Shown: in pieces, positions 38,806 through 49,968 of the stretch | How positions within the stretch are numbered: the stretch's first letter is position 1 | How the letters are laid out: the number at the start of each line of letters is the position of its first letter | NCBI GenBank assembly: GCA_048885525.1 | Contig: JBHLLP010000004.1 | Span: 1-64,000, forward strand | Reading direction: 5' to 3' | Source: Candidatus Hermodarchaeota archaeon | GTDB lineage: Archaea; Asgardarchaeota; Lokiarchaeia; Sigyniarchaeales; SOKP01 | DNA: 64,000 bases | Program-made: the position numbers and the translations under genes | The notes under the pieces: generated by a model | Databases searched by the model: none | The model's input: the letters and a program-made list of their open reading frames with translations, nothing else | What the model was told of the DNA's origin: nothing

Positions 38806-39732
38806 ATGCTAGAAGTAAATCTTTCTGGTTTAAAATTAAAATCTCCTATTATTTTAGCCTCAGGAATATTAGGCGTATCTTTTTCTTCAATGAAAAGAGT
38901 AATTGATGCTGGAGCTGGTGCTGTCACTACAAAATCTATTGGATCAAAACCAAGAAAAGGATATAAAAATCCATCAATAATAGAGATATATCCTGGAACA
39001 TTTATGAATAGTGTTGGCCTTGGAAATCCTGGGATCAATGCATTTATCTCAGAAATAAATGAAATTAAAAAAAATAACATTCCGTTGATAGTAAGTGTTT
39101 TTGGTAATACAAATGAAGTTTATCTTGATGTAGCAAAAAGAGCTGAAAAGGCAGGTGCCGATGCAATAGAAATTAATATTTCGTGCCCTCATGCTGAAGT
39201 AGCCTCTATAGGAATTGATAAAGATTTAACTTACGAAATAGCAAAATTATTGAAAAATAACCTTACTATACCTCTTTTTGTTAAATTAAATCCTAATGTG
39301 ACAAATATAAAAGAGATTGCCTTAGCCGCCGAGAAAGGTGGTGTTGACGGAGTAGTTGCTATAAATACAGTATCCGGAATGAAAATTGATGTGAACACTA
39401 AAAAGCCAATTTTGTCCCATGGAAGTGGTGGATTATCTGGAAAGGCAATACATCCTATAGCGGTGAAAAAAGTATATGATTTATTCAAAGTTCTAAAAAT
39501 TCCTATAATTGGATGTGGGGGAATAGATTCTTGGCAAGATGCTATAGAGTTTTTTTTAGCAGGAGCTTCAGCAGTACAAATTGGTACAGCTTTATATAAA
39601 GGAACTGAAGTAATCACTGATATTATTGATGGAGTAACTCGATATCTTAGAGATAATGGATATCTTTCTATTAATGATATAATTGGGTTAGCACATCAAG
39701 CTAAAACTCAGGAGGTGCCGAATTTTGACTGA
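38806..39732 (+). CDS. pyrD: dihydroorotate dehydrogenase B catalytic subunit
   Basis: NSVGLGNPG, EINISCPH, AINT, GGLSG, IIGCGGI, AVQIGTA. Confidence 0.95.
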   Translation: MLEVNLSGLKLKSPIILASGILGVSFSSMKRVIDAGAGAVTTKSIGSKPRKGYKNPSIIEIYPGTFMNSVGLGNPGINAFISEINEIKKNNIPLIVSVFGNTNEVYLDVAKRAEKAGADAIEINISCPHAEVASIGIDKDLTYEIAKLLKNNLTIPLFVKLNPNVTNIKEIALAAEKGGVDGVVAINTVSGMKIDVNTKKPILSHGSGGLSGKAIHPIAVKKVYDLFKVLKIPIIGCGGIDSWQDAIEFFLAGASAVQIGTALYKGTEVITDIIDGVTRYLRDNGYLSINDIIGLAHQAKTQEVPNFD

Positions 39733-40579
39733 AAATATCATAAAAACAATAAAAATTCATAAAATTAGAGATGAATGTGAGGGAGTTAAAACTATTGTTT
39801 TTAATATGAAAACAAACGATATTCACAAATATATTGTTCCAAAACCGGGACAATTTGTTATGGTTTGGGTACCTGAAATTGATGAAATCCCAATGTCTAT
39901 ATCTGATTGTGATGATAATGGCAATTGGGCTATTACAGTGAAAAATGTTGGCGAATGTACAAATGCTATGTATAATTTAAAAATTGGTGATTATATCGGG
40001 ATAAGAGGACCATTAGGTAATTATTATAAAATTCCAGATGATTATTCAAAAGAACTCTTCTTAATTGGTGGTGGAATTGGTATGGTTCCATTAAAATTCC
40101 TTTCAACTGAACTAATAAAGAGAAATATAAAACATACGATTATTGAAGGTGCTAAATCTAATAATGATTTAATGTTTATAGAATATTTTAAAGAGTTAAC
40201 TGTTGGGTGTACTGAAATTCAATATTGTACAGATGATGGAAGTTATGGAACAAAAGGAGTTGTTTCTGATGTTTTTAAAAGATTGATTAAAGAAATTTTG
40301 AAAAATCAGTTATCAAAAGTCATTGTCTATTCTTGTGGTCCAGAAAGAATGTTGTTTAATTTATTTCAAATATGCCAAGAATATCATATTGAATTTTATG
40401 CAAGTCTTGAAAGGATTATGCGGTGTGGCTGTGGTTTATGTGGCTTATGTGCTTTAGATCCATTAGGATTACTTGTATGTAAAGATGGACCAATTTTTGA
40501 TTCAGATACTCTAAAAAAGATTCAAGATTTTGGAAAATACCAAAGAGACTTCACTGGAAAAAAAATCTTAATTGAATAA
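39725..40579 (+). CDS. pyrK: dihydroorotate dehydrogenase electron transfer subunit
   Basis: PGQFVMVW, RGPLGN, GGGIG, TDDGSYG, CGCGLCGLC...CKDGP. Confidence 0.95.
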   Translation: MTENIIKTIKIHKIRDECEGVKTIVFNMKTNDIHKYIVPKPGQFVMVWVPEIDEIPMSISDCDDNGNWAITVKNVGECTNAMYNLKIGDYIGIRGPLGNYYKIPDDYSKELFLIGGGIGMVPLKFLSTELIKRNIKHTIIEGAKSNNDLMFIEYFKELTVGCTEIQYCTDDGSYGTKGVVSDVFKRLIKEILKNQLSKVIVYSCGPERMLFNLFQICQEYHIEFYASLERIMRCGCGLCGLCALDPLGLLVCKDGPIFDSDTLKKIQDFGKYQRDFTGKKILIE

Positions 40580-40695
40580 ATAGAAATTGTAATTTAAATT
40601 GCTTAAATCACAAAATATTTACTTAATCTCTTAATATATTAATTGAGAAATATAAAATCTTTAGAGTAAATCAAATAACTTTTGCTTTAAAAATA

Positions 40696-42330
40696 ATGGG
40701 TACTTTAGAAATTGAAAATTATGAAATCGTTAAAAAAATTTCACGAGAAATTATAGATTATTTAATTAAGAACCCAGAAACTTCTCGCGAAAAAATAACA
40801 AATATCAAGGGAAGGATAGGTAAGAAATACAAATACAATAAAGTTATAAAAAATGCTATTATCTTAGATTACGCAACATCTGAAGAAAAGAATATTATAA
40901 CTCAGATTCTGAAAAGAAGAAAAACCAGAACTTTATCAGGAGTATCTGTAATAGCAATTATGACAGAACCTCTTCCTTGTCCTGGAACTTGTATATATTG
41001 TCCAGGACAAGATTCTCAACCTGGAAAAAAAGCAGCCCAATCGTATACAGGTCAAGAACCTGCTGCTATGAGATCTATTCATAACAATTATGATCCTTAT
41101 TTACAAGTACAAAGTAGAATTAATGATTTAGAAGCAATAGGGCATAAAGTTGATAAGATTGAATTAATCATTATGGGAGGTACTTTTTTATCTACTGATC
41201 TAAAATATCAAGAAAAATTTATAAAAGGAGCCTTAGAAGGAATCATTGAACAAAGAGTGAGTAGCTTAGAAATTGCTAAAAAACTCGCTGAGACCTCTAA
41301 AAGACGTGTTATTGGTATAACCATAGAAACAAGACCTGACTATTGCAAAGAAAAAGATATAGATCGAATGTTGAACTATGGAACAACGCGTGTTGAAATC
41401 GGAATTCAGACACTATATGATGAAATCTATGAGTTAGTGAAAAGGGGTCATTCTACTTTTGATAGTAAAGAAGCGATAAGAATTGCTAAGGATGCTGGAT
41501 TAAAAGTTAATGCTCATATGATGCCTAATTTACCCGGAGCAAGTCTCGAGACAGATATAGATATGTTTGAATCATTATTTTCAAATGTTGATTACCGTCC
41601 TGATATGTTAAAAATTTACCCTACTGTTGTTGTTAAAGGAACCAAATTATATAATTGGTGGAAAGAAGGGAAATATTCGCCTTATTCAGATAAAGAACTA
41701 ATCAATTTATTAGCTGAAGTGAAAATGAAACTCCCTCCCTATGTTAGAATTCAAAGGATTATGAGAGATATTCCTGCAAATTTGATTGAAGCAGGTTGTA
41801 AAAAAAGCAACCTAAGACAATTGGTACAAAATAGGTTAATCCAGATGGGCATCAAATGTAATTGCATTCGATGTAGAGAATACGGACTTACTAAAAGAAA
41901 ACAACTAATTGATAAAAATTATATCGATAATGTTAAATTATTTCGTTTCAATTATGACGCTTCTTCAGGAAATGAGATCTTTTTATCCTATGAAAATCAA
42001 ATCGAAAACTATTTAATAGGATACCTGCGCTTAAGAAAACCATCTGAATTCGCTTATAGACCTGAATTAAACGACGGAAAAACAATGATCGTAAGAGAAA
42101 TTAAAATTGTTGGTGAACTAGTTCCAAAAGATACGAAACCAAATTATTACACTCAAATTCAACACAGAGGATATGGAAAATTATTAATGGAAAATGCTGA
42201 AAAAATATCATCCGAAGAGTTTGATGCTAAAAAGTTAGCAGTAATAAGTGGTTTTGGAGCAAGAGATTGGTTCTATGATATTGGATATAAATTAGATGGT
42301 GTATATGTCTCTAAAAGCCTTAATCATTGA
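40696..42330 (+). CDS. elp3: tRNA U34 carboxymethylation radical SAM/GNAT enzyme Elp3
   Basis: RTLSGV, CPGTCIYCPG, QSYTGQEP, ETRPD, RIQRIMRDIP, CIRCRE, QHRGYG. Confidence 0.96.
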   Translation: MGTLEIENYEIVKKISREIIDYLIKNPETSREKITNIKGRIGKKYKYNKVIKNAIILDYATSEEKNIITQILKRRKTRTLSGVSVIAIMTEPLPCPGTCIYCPGQDSQPGKKAAQSYTGQEPAAMRSIHNNYDPYLQVQSRINDLEAIGHKVDKIELIIMGGTFLSTDLKYQEKFIKGALEGIIEQRVSSLEIAKKLAETSKRRVIGITIETRPDYCKEKDIDRMLNYGTTRVEIGIQTLYDEIYELVKRGHSTFDSKEAIRIAKDAGLKVNAHMMPNLPGASLETDIDMFESLFSNVDYRPDMLKIYPTVVVKGTKLYNWWKEGKYSPYSDKELINLLAEVKMKLPPYVRIQRIMRDIPANLIEAGCKKSNLRQLVQNRLIQMGIKCNCIRCREYGLTKRKQLIDKNYIDNVKLFRFNYDASSGNEIFLSYENQIENYLIGYLRLRKPSEFAYRPELNDGKTMIVREIKIVGELVPKDTKPNYYTQIQHRGYGKLLMENAEKISSEEFDAKKLAVISGFGARDWFYDIGYKLDGVYVSKSLNH

Positions 42331-42422
42331 GATTTCATCATGCTTCAAAAAATTTATCTTATTAAAGCTTTTTATATAATATATTTTGTGTATATATATA
42401 TGTCAATAATCTAGAATTATGA

Positions 42423-43511
42423 TTGAAAATGGCTACTGAAAGGTCTTTATCAAAAAAGAAAATAACCCAACAGACAATTTCCATTTCACCCGCTCTAAAA
42501 GATCGAATTGAAAGATATATTCATGAAAATAATAAGAAAAATCCAAAAGATAAGAGATTTAAAAGTATTTCTGCTTTTTATAATGATGTTATGGAGAGAG
42601 CTTTGGACAGTTTTGAAAAAGGTAAAACACTTGATGACTTTGAAGCTTTTGCAGACACTGAAATTAAGGGATTTTTCGATAAAATTTCCTTTAAGGGCGT
42701 AATCCCCTATTATGAAACTGCTTTAAGAACCAATCGTTATACACCTCCTTTTTTTGAAAAAAATATCTTTTTTTACTTAACTCTAAGAAACCTTTATTTG
42801 GATCGAATGGATCCTTATGATATTAGCAGTATTAAGGGTATGTTCAATAGAATCAAAAACTATATGCTTTCAAATAATCTTACAAAAGAAGTTAATTTGG
42901 ATCTATTTACTGGAAAGACTGGAAAAGAGTTATCTGGAGTATTTGAATATGCAGGATTATACAAAAATTTAACTATTGAAAACTGTAAATACAATGCTGC
43001 AATTTTTGGATTGTTAGGTGTGAAATTAACTGACTTTTTGTACTCAGATAAAGATAATTACTTTAGATTTGATTTAAAAACTACAGATTTGTTTTATAGA
43101 ACAGATTTAGCAAAAAAAGAGAGAATAAAACTCATTAACTGTAATCTGTCTTATTTCTTCAATTTTCTCAAAATTATTGATGACAAGGATTATTATTTTT
43201 GGATGAAATTAGCTGAGGATAAAAATGTAATTATTAATTTTAATACTGAAGACATTCAAAATGAATGGGTAAATTTAATCAAGAAGGAAACTGATGAGTT
43301 CGGAGAAGAAGAGGATTTTCACCTTTATATGTTAAAATTTTTTAAGAAATTACATTGGATTGAAATTGAAAGTGAAAAGGATCTTATCTTTCAAATTAAA
43401 TTATCTAGAAAAAAATTTCAAAATGAAAGAGAAATTTTATTGGAGAGCCTTTCTAAAAAATCAGAAATCTTACAAAAAAATGGGAAATATCAAATAAAGA
43501 AATTAAGTTGA
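42423..43511 (+). CDS. N-terminal ribbon-helix-helix-like protein, paralog 1
   Basis: TQQTISISPALKDRIERY...RFKSISAFYN; collinear similarity to the next ORF. Confidence 0.75.
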   Translation: MKMATERSLSKKKITQQTISISPALKDRIERYIHENNKKNPKDKRFKSISAFYNDVMERALDSFEKGKTLDDFEAFADTEIKGFFDKISFKGVIPYYETALRTNRYTPPFFEKNIFFYLTLRNLYLDRMDPYDISSIKGMFNRIKNYMLSNNLTKEVNLDLFTGKTGKELSGVFEYAGLYKNLTIENCKYNAAIFGLLGVKLTDFLYSDKDNYFRFDLKTTDLFYRTDLAKKERIKLINCNLSYFFNFLKIIDDKDYYFWMKLAEDKNVIINFNTEDIQNEWVNLIKKETDEFGEEEDFHLYMLKFFKKLHWIEIESEKDLIFQIKLSRKKFQNEREILLESLSKKSEILQKNGKYQIKKLS

Positions 43512-43879
43512 TAATCATTCTTAAGTTTAAAGTCTAAAAAAAAAGAATAGATTTCGTCCTTATTATTCCCTTTTATTCCCCGTTTTTTGTCTTTGTGGAT
43601 GGACACCTGCGATCCCCTTGATTTTTATTGCAATAAATTGCCCATGTATAATTTTGTTAATGACTATTTAAAGATATATGTTAATAATCTTCTTTTATAA
43701 TCTCATATTAAATGTTTCTAAAAAACAAATACTAAAAAATTAACAATACAAATATATTATTAGAAAAAAATGTATCTTGTAAATATTAAATTAGCCTCTA
43801 CCTTCATTCTAATCCTCAGAAACGCTTACATAATTGAACTTTCTAACTAATATAAATTTAAAAATGCTTTAAAATTAAT

Positions 43880-44959
43880 ATGATTATGACATCAAAAAAA
43901 TATCTATCAAACAAAAGAACAACTCAACAAACCATTTCAACATCACCAGCTATTAAAGATTGGGTGAAAAGATATGTAAATGTAAAACATACAAAAAATC
44001 CTAATGATGAGAGATATAAAAGCATTTCAAGTTTTTATAATTATATTATGGAGAATGTACTAAAATTTTTTGAAGAAGGGAAAACTATTGATGACCTTAA
44101 AAGAGTTGAGGATAAAAAAATTAAAGAATTTTTCGATAGATTTACTTTTAAGGCTACAATACCACTTTATGAAATGGCAATTGAACCTAATAAATATACA
44201 CATTTTACATTCGAATTTAATACCCGTTTTTTGTTAATGTACCTAGATTTTTTCAGAAGTGAGGTCAAACCCCATAATTTTAACGATATTAAGTTATTTT
44301 TTGAAAAGATAAGAACTAGATATGCCACCACCAATATATCTAAAGATATGAAACTGCAATTATTTCCTGTTAAAAATAAAAGGTCTACTAAAGGAACCTT
44401 AGAATTTATTGGAAAATATAAAAATCTGCATTTTGAAAATTGCAAGTTTTTCGCTGCGGTTTTTGGTATTCTAGGGGCAAGAGTAACTGATTTCATTTAT
44501 TCTCCAGCAGATTATTATTGCAGGTTAGATCTTTTAGAAACAGATTTACTTTTTAAAAAGGAATTGGCTAAAAAAGAAAGATTAAAACTCATAAAAGAAA
44601 ACGTTGATTTTATGGTAAATTATAATAGAATACTTGACGATAATGATAAATATTTATGGATGAATTTAGGGGAAGACAATGAATTATTTATAAGTTTTAA
44701 AACCAAAATTGCTTTTAATAAATGGATTAAAACAATTGAGAGGGATTTAGGAAAATTTGGTACACAAGAAGACTTTCTTAGTAAAATATTACAATTCTTC
44801 AATAAACTCCATTGGATAAGAATTGAAAATATTAAAAATCTATCATTTCGAATCGACCAAGCTATCGAAAAAAGTACTGAACAGAAGCAAATGTTAATAG
44901 ATTATCTCTCAGAGCATAGTGTAATTACTCAAAACAACGGTATTTATTATTTAAAATAA
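43880..44959 (+). CDS. N-terminal ribbon-helix-helix-like protein, paralog 2
   Basis: TQQTISTSPAIKDWVKRY...RYKSISSFYN; shares ENCK..AA.FG.LG, LAKKER.KLI, KLHWI.IE with previous ORF. Confidence 0.75.
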   Translation: MIMTSKKYLSNKRTTQQTISTSPAIKDWVKRYVNVKHTKNPNDERYKSISSFYNYIMENVLKFFEEGKTIDDLKRVEDKKIKEFFDRFTFKATIPLYEMAIEPNKYTHFTFEFNTRFLLMYLDFFRSEVKPHNFNDIKLFFEKIRTRYATTNISKDMKLQLFPVKNKRSTKGTLEFIGKYKNLHFENCKFFAAVFGILGARVTDFIYSPADYYCRLDLLETDLLFKKELAKKERLKLIKENVDFMVNYNRILDDNDKYLWMNLGEDNELFISFKTKIAFNKWIKTIERDLGKFGTQEDFLSKILQFFNKLHWIRIENIKNLSFRIDQAIEKSTEQKQMLIDYLSEHSVITQNNGIYYLK

Positions 44960-45044
44960 CCTAAATAAAAATATCCAAAATCTTTTTTGAAAATAATAAT
45001 AAGATTTATTATTTCATAAATTATAGTATTTCACTATTATTAAA

Positions 45045-46982
45045 TTGAAAAATCGATTGAATATGGAAGAATTTGATTATGAAAAATTAGGTCTCAAGTG
45101 CGGATTAGAGATTCATCAACAACTTGATACAGAAAAAAAGTTATTTTGTAGATGTCCAGCTAAACTTCAAGGAACTAGAGAGCCGGATTTTACTATGCAT
45201 CGAGAAATGAGACCTGTTTTAGGTGAAATGGGAACATATGATAAAGCAATGTTAACAGAATACGAAAAAGGAATGGGAATTACTTATGAAGGGTATAATG
45301 ATGTAGTTTGTACCTATGAACTCGATGATACCCCTCCATTTTCCTGTAATACAGAAGCAAGAATGGTTGCCTTACAAATTGCTATGCTTCTTAATGCCAA
45401 TATAATTGAAGAAATGCATGTCTGTAGAAAAAACTATTTAGATGGGAGTGTCCCTTGCGGATTTCAACGTACAATGATACTTGGCACTGATGGCTATATA
45501 ACTTTAGAAAATGGTAAAAGAGTTAGAATAGATATCTTAAGTCTGGAGGAAGAAGCTGCAAGAAAAATTAAAACCGAAAATAAAATGAATTTTTTTCGTT
45601 TAGATCGATTAGGAATTCCATTGGTAGAAGTAACAACTAAACCCGATATAAATTCTCCCTATGAATGTCGGGAATGTGCTGAAAGAATTGGATTGTTATT
45701 ATGGTCAACAAATGTAAAAAAAGTTCTTGGATCAATTAGACAAGATGTTAACGTAAGTATTGAAGCTGGAACAAGAATTGAAATAAAAGGTGTACAGAAA
45801 TTAGGATGGATTCCTATCTTGATCAATCATGAAATTTCACGTCAATTAAAGCTCCTTGAAATTAAAAAAGAACTTGAAAAAAGAAGAATAGATCCTAATA
45901 ACCTTCCAGAAAATTCTATAGATTTAACTGATACCTTAGCTAAAGGGAAATCCAATTTCATAATGAAAGGTATTAAATCAGGAAAAAAATTTTATGGGAT
46001 CAATTTTAAGGGATTTAAGGGCATTTTTGGAAAAAATTTAATGGAAGATTATAGATTTGGAACTGAAGTTAGTAGTAAAGTAAAGCTGATTTCTGGTTTG
46101 AGAGGAATTATTCACTCTGATGAAGATTTAAATAAATACAATTTTTCACAGCAGGATATTAAGAAAATTAAAGAGAAATTAGCATCTAAAGAAAATGATT
46201 GTTTTGTATTAATATTAGGATCCCAGAAAGAATTAAAAAAAGCCGTAGGTGTTATTATCGATCGAGTAAAATTTGCTTTTAATGGAGTTCCTCCAGAAAC
46301 TAGAAGGGCTCTCGAGAATGGAAATACAGAATTTTTAAGAGAACTCCATGGGGGTGCTAGGTTATATCCTGACACTGATTCAGAAGCCATTTTTAATTCC
46401 GAAGAAGAAATTAATGAGATTAAGAAAAATCTCCCAAAATATCCATGGGATACGATAAAAAATTATTCTAAAAAATATGAAACTGAAGAGAGATTGATAA
46501 AAGACCTTATTTTTACAGGTAAACTCAAATTATTTGATAAATTAATAAAATTATATCCTGATAATCCCTCTTTAATCTTCACGACTCTATTAGAAACTAC
46601 AACTGCCCTTAGAAGAGAAGGGAAGAATATTGAAAATATAACTGATAATGATTTTATTGAAATTTTTAACCTTTTAAAAAAAAATGAAATAAGTAAAGAA
46701 GCAATTGAGGAGTTAATGAAAATTAAAGCAGATACTCCTAAATCTTCTATTGATCTGATTAAAAAGAAATTAAAATTAGAAACTATTTCTCAAGATGAAC
46801 TTAAACAATTGATAGTTGAGATAGTTAACACAAACTCTAATTTGATAAAAGAAAAAGAAATGAGAGCAAAGGGACCTTTAATGGGAGAAGTTATGAAAAA
46901 AGTTCGAGGAAAAATTGATGGTGCTATTGTCTCTAAGGAATTAGAAAATATTATAAAAGAAAAAATAAGGGAGTTGAAATAA
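45045..46982 (+). CDS. gatE: Glu-tRNA(Gln) amidotransferase subunit E
   Basis: LGLKCGLEIHQQL, RLDRLGIPLVE, IRQDVNVSI, GVPPETR, ARLYPDTD; start likely ATG of MEEFDY. Confidence 0.96.
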   Translation: MKNRLNMEEFDYEKLGLKCGLEIHQQLDTEKKLFCRCPAKLQGTREPDFTMHREMRPVLGEMGTYDKAMLTEYEKGMGITYEGYNDVVCTYELDDTPPFSCNTEARMVALQIAMLLNANIIEEMHVCRKNYLDGSVPCGFQRTMILGTDGYITLENGKRVRIDILSLEEEAARKIKTENKMNFFRLDRLGIPLVEVTTKPDINSPYECRECAERIGLLLWSTNVKKVLGSIRQDVNVSIEAGTRIEIKGVQKLGWIPILINHEISRQLKLLEIKKELEKRRIDPNNLPENSIDLTDTLAKGKSNFIMKGIKSGKKFYGINFKGFKGIFGKNLMEDYRFGTEVSSKVKLISGLRGIIHSDEDLNKYNFSQQDIKKIKEKLASKENDCFVLILGSQKELKKAVGVIIDRVKFAFNGVPPETRRALENGNTEFLRELHGGARLYPDTDSEAIFNSEEEINEIKKNLPKYPWDTIKNYSKKYETEERLIKDLIFTGKLKLFDKLIKLYPDNPSLIFTTLLETTTALRREGKNIENITDNDFIEIFNLLKKNEISKEAIEELMKIKADTPKSSIDLIKKKLKLETISQDELKQLIVEIVNTNSNLIKEKEMRAKGPLMGEVMKKVRGKIDGAIVSKELENIIKEKIRELK

Positions 46983-48341
46983 ATGAGTGAAAAGTTAAAA
47001 GGTTATAGAGGAGAAGGTAAAAAGATCTTGGAAAAACATAAGATTGAAATTTGGGATATTGTTCAAATTAAAACAGAAAAAACAAATTATGAAGGGATTA
47101 TATTACCCAGAACTGAGTATTCTGCTCCAAATTTCATAAATATAAAATTAGAAAATAACTACAATGTTGGAATAAAGGTTTCTGAAATACATGAAATAAA
47201 AAAAATTGGTAAAAGAGAAGCATCGTATAAAATTCCAGAGAAAGAATTTCCTATAAATAAAAACCTACCAAATTTGATATTGTTTGGAACTGGTGGAACG
47301 ATTGCCTCAAGATTAGATTATACAACAGGTGCAGTAATACCTTCATTTACTCCGGGAGAATTATTTAGCGCGGTTCCAGAATTAGCAGAAATATGTAATC
47401 TTAAATGTGAAAATGTTTTTGAAATCCTCTCGGAGAACATGAAACCAGAAAACTGGAAAAAATTAGCTGAAAAAGTTAAAGATGCCGCTAATTCAGGAAT
47501 TGATGGCATTATTATTGGCCATGGAACTGATACAATGTCATTTACTAGTGCAGCCCTTTCTTTCATGGTAAAAGATTTAACAGTCCCTGTAGTCCTTGTT
47601 GGTAGCCAAAGAAGTTCTGATAGACCTTCTTCAGATGCAGCTTTAAATTTAATTAATGCTGCTATTGTTGCTCAGTCAGATATAGCCGAAGTTGTCATTT
47701 CTATGCTAGGCTCTCCATCTCATGATTATGGGTTAATTCATAGAGGAACTTTAGTTAGAAAAATGCATTCTTCGGTTAGAAATACTTTTCGAACTATAAA
47801 CAGTATACCACTCGGTATCGTCCAAAATAGAAAAATCAAAATGTTCACAAATGATTATAAGAAAAGATCCAAATTAGAAACAAACACAAATACTAAGTTT
47901 GAAGAAAAAATTGCTCTTATATATTCATACCCAGGGACTGACTACGAATTAATTAATTTTTACATTGATAATGGATACAAAGGAATTGTAATTGCTGGAA
48001 CTGGATTAGGACATGTATCTACTACCATTTATGATTCATTAAAAAGAGCTATTCAAGAAGGGTTGACCGTTCTCATGACTACTCAAACACTCCATGGATT
48101 CGTTGGTATGAATGTTTATTCCACTGGAAGAGAATTACTAAATATGGGTGTGATTCCTGGAAGAAATTTATTACCAGAAACAGCCTATATTAAACTTGGT
48201 TGGGTTCTTGGACAAACTAATAACCCTAAAGAAATAAGAGCTTTATTATTAGAGAATATAGCAGGTGAGTATTTAGAAAGGGAGATTCCCATTGCGTTCA
48301 ATTATAATATCGATGAATTATTAAAATCCAAGAAACTCTAA
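46983..48341 (+). CDS. gatD: Glu-tRNA(Gln) amidotransferase subunit D
   Basis: KLENNYNVG, GTGGTIASRLDY.TGAV, HGTDT, QRSSDRPSSD, GTGLGHV. Confidence 0.97.
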   Translation: MSEKLKGYRGEGKKILEKHKIEIWDIVQIKTEKTNYEGIILPRTEYSAPNFINIKLENNYNVGIKVSEIHEIKKIGKREASYKIPEKEFPINKNLPNLILFGTGGTIASRLDYTTGAVIPSFTPGELFSAVPELAEICNLKCENVFEILSENMKPENWKKLAEKVKDAANSGIDGIIIGHGTDTMSFTSAALSFMVKDLTVPVVLVGSQRSSDRPSSDAALNLINAAIVAQSDIAEVVISMLGSPSHDYGLIHRGTLVRKMHSSVRNTFRTINSIPLGIVQNRKIKMFTNDYKKRSKLETNTNTKFEEKIALIYSYPGTDYELINFYIDNGYKGIVIAGTGLGHVSTTIYDSLKRAIQEGLTVLMTTQTLHGFVGMNVYSTGRELLNMGVIPGRNLLPETAYIKLGWVLGQTNNPKEIRALLLENIAGEYLEREIPIAFNYNIDELLKSKKL

Positions 48342-48473
48342 ATTTACAAAATTATACCTCCTTGTTAAGAGAAAAATCTAAAGTTAAATTTTCCAATAAA
48401 TTTCACGTAAAAAGATAAAAAATTTATAGTTTGAATAATTTAAGTTCATATTCAGAGAATGTGGTGAAGTAGT

Positions 48474-49202
48474 TTGGGAAAACGAATTTTAGCGCAGCGG
48501 AAAGGCAGAGGCGTTCTAGGTTTTAGATCTCCTAGTCATCGTCATATAGGAGAAGTAAAATATCGCCCATTCAAAAAAAATGAAAAATTATTTAAATTTA
48601 AGGTAATTGACCTCATTCATTCTCCAGGAAGAGGTGCTCCAGTAGCCCGCATACAATATGAAGATAAAGGAAAAGGGCTTTGGCTTCCCCCAGAAGGAGT
48701 TTTTATAGGACAAGAATTTATTCAATCTAAAACTGGATATGGTCAAAATGTAGAAGTAGGAAACATTCTACCCTTAAAAAAAATGCCTTTAGGAACTCTA
48801 GTCTTTAATATCGAATCAACACCCCAAGATGGAGGAAAATTCGCACGAGCATCTGGAGTTGCCGCAATCGTTAGAAATAGATCTGGGAATAAAGTCGAAC
48901 TTTTATTTCGGTCTAAAAAAACTAAATGGATAAATGAAAATTGCCTAGCTACAATCGGGGTTGTTGCCGGAGGAGGACGTACAGACAAACCTTTCTTAAA
49001 AGCGGGTAATAAATTTCATTATGTAAAATCTAAAGCTAAAAAGTGGCCAGTGGTGAGAGGAGTCGCTATGGTGGCAGCAAGTCATCCTTATGGTGGTGGA
49101 GCTAAGCAATCTCCGCATAAATCCACGACCACTTCGAGGAATGCTCCTCCTGGAAGAAAAGTAGGACAAATTGCAGCTAGGAGAACTGGACATCAGAACT
49201 AG
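48474..49202 (+). CDS. rpl2: 50S ribosomal protein uL2
   Basis: MGKRILAQRKGRG, PGRGAP, DGGKFARASG, WPVVRGVAM, HPYGGG, APPGRKVG.IAARRTG. Confidence 0.98.
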   Translation: MGKRILAQRKGRGVLGFRSPSHRHIGEVKYRPFKKNEKLFKFKVIDLIHSPGRGAPVARIQYEDKGKGLWLPPEGVFIGQEFIQSKTGYGQNVEVGNILPLKKMPLGTLVFNIESTPQDGGKFARASGVAAIVRNRSGNKVELLFRSKKTKWINENCLATIGVVAGGGRTDKPFLKAGNKFHYVKSKAKKWPVVRGVAMVAASHPYGGGAKQSPHKSTTTSRNAPPGRKVGQIAARRTGHQN

Positions 49203-49347
49203 TTTTTTCTCCTCTTATCAATCTACCAATCTTTCCTACCCAATGAAATCTCGATAGATTTTTATATTCTATTTATTCTTATATATTTGGATATATAATT
49301 CAACATAAATATATTTTTAAATATATTAATAAAAAGAATAAGTAAGT

Positions 49348-49947
49348 TTGGACCTAGAAATTTCAAGTGGATCTTTATGGTATTCAACCCATTATTTTGA
49401 ACTTAAAATAAAAATAACTGGGGCTGGAACAATTGATGATCCATATCTGTTTACTACTAAAAACAGATATCCTGATGAATCTTTTGAAATCAGAATAAAT
49501 AATTCGAATAAATATATTGAATTTATCAGAATTAATTTAAAAGCTCTTTACTTGAAGAACAATAAAAACGTTAAAATATCAAATGCAAGGATAAAGGTTT
49601 TAGGTTTGGGAAATTCTTCAAAAATTTCAATTGAAAAAGTTAATATTCTAAAACAACTGAGGCTCGATAAAGTTCAACATATAAAAATCGCCGATTGTAA
49701 TATAAAGAAACTATATGCATTTTCGGGTGATCAAATCTATATATATAATAGCACGATCAAAACAATTTCAAGAAAATCTAAAGCGAATCTAATTTTTCAA
49801 AACGAACAACGTGCTCAACTTCTTAAAAGTAAGTCATATCAACCTGATAAACATTTAGAATTGAATATATGGATCTGTGATCAATGTGGATCTGCAGTGG
49901 ATTTGTTTTCAAGATTTTGCCATGAGTGTGGTTATAGATTAAAATAG
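49348..49947 (+). CDS. beta-helix-like protein with C-terminal zinc ribbon
   Basis: GAGTIDDPY, repetitive beta strands, CDQCG...FCHECG. Confidence 0.7.
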   Translation: MDLEISSGSLWYSTHYFELKIKITGAGTIDDPYLFTTKNRYPDESFEIRINNSNKYIEFIRINLKALYLKNNKNVKISNARIKVLGLGNSSKISIEKVNILKQLRLDKVQHIKIADCNIKKLYAFSGDQIYIYNSTIKTISRKSKANLIFQNEQRAQLLKSKSYQPDKHLELNIWICDQCGSAVDLFSRFCHECGYRLK

Positions 49948-49968
49948 TATTAAATTGAATGAAAACTA

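Noticed and set aside
43550-43650. Slightly GC-richer intergenic patch between the RHH paralogs as ncRNA or small ORF
   Set aside because: No convincing stem structure, C/D boxes or supported reading frame
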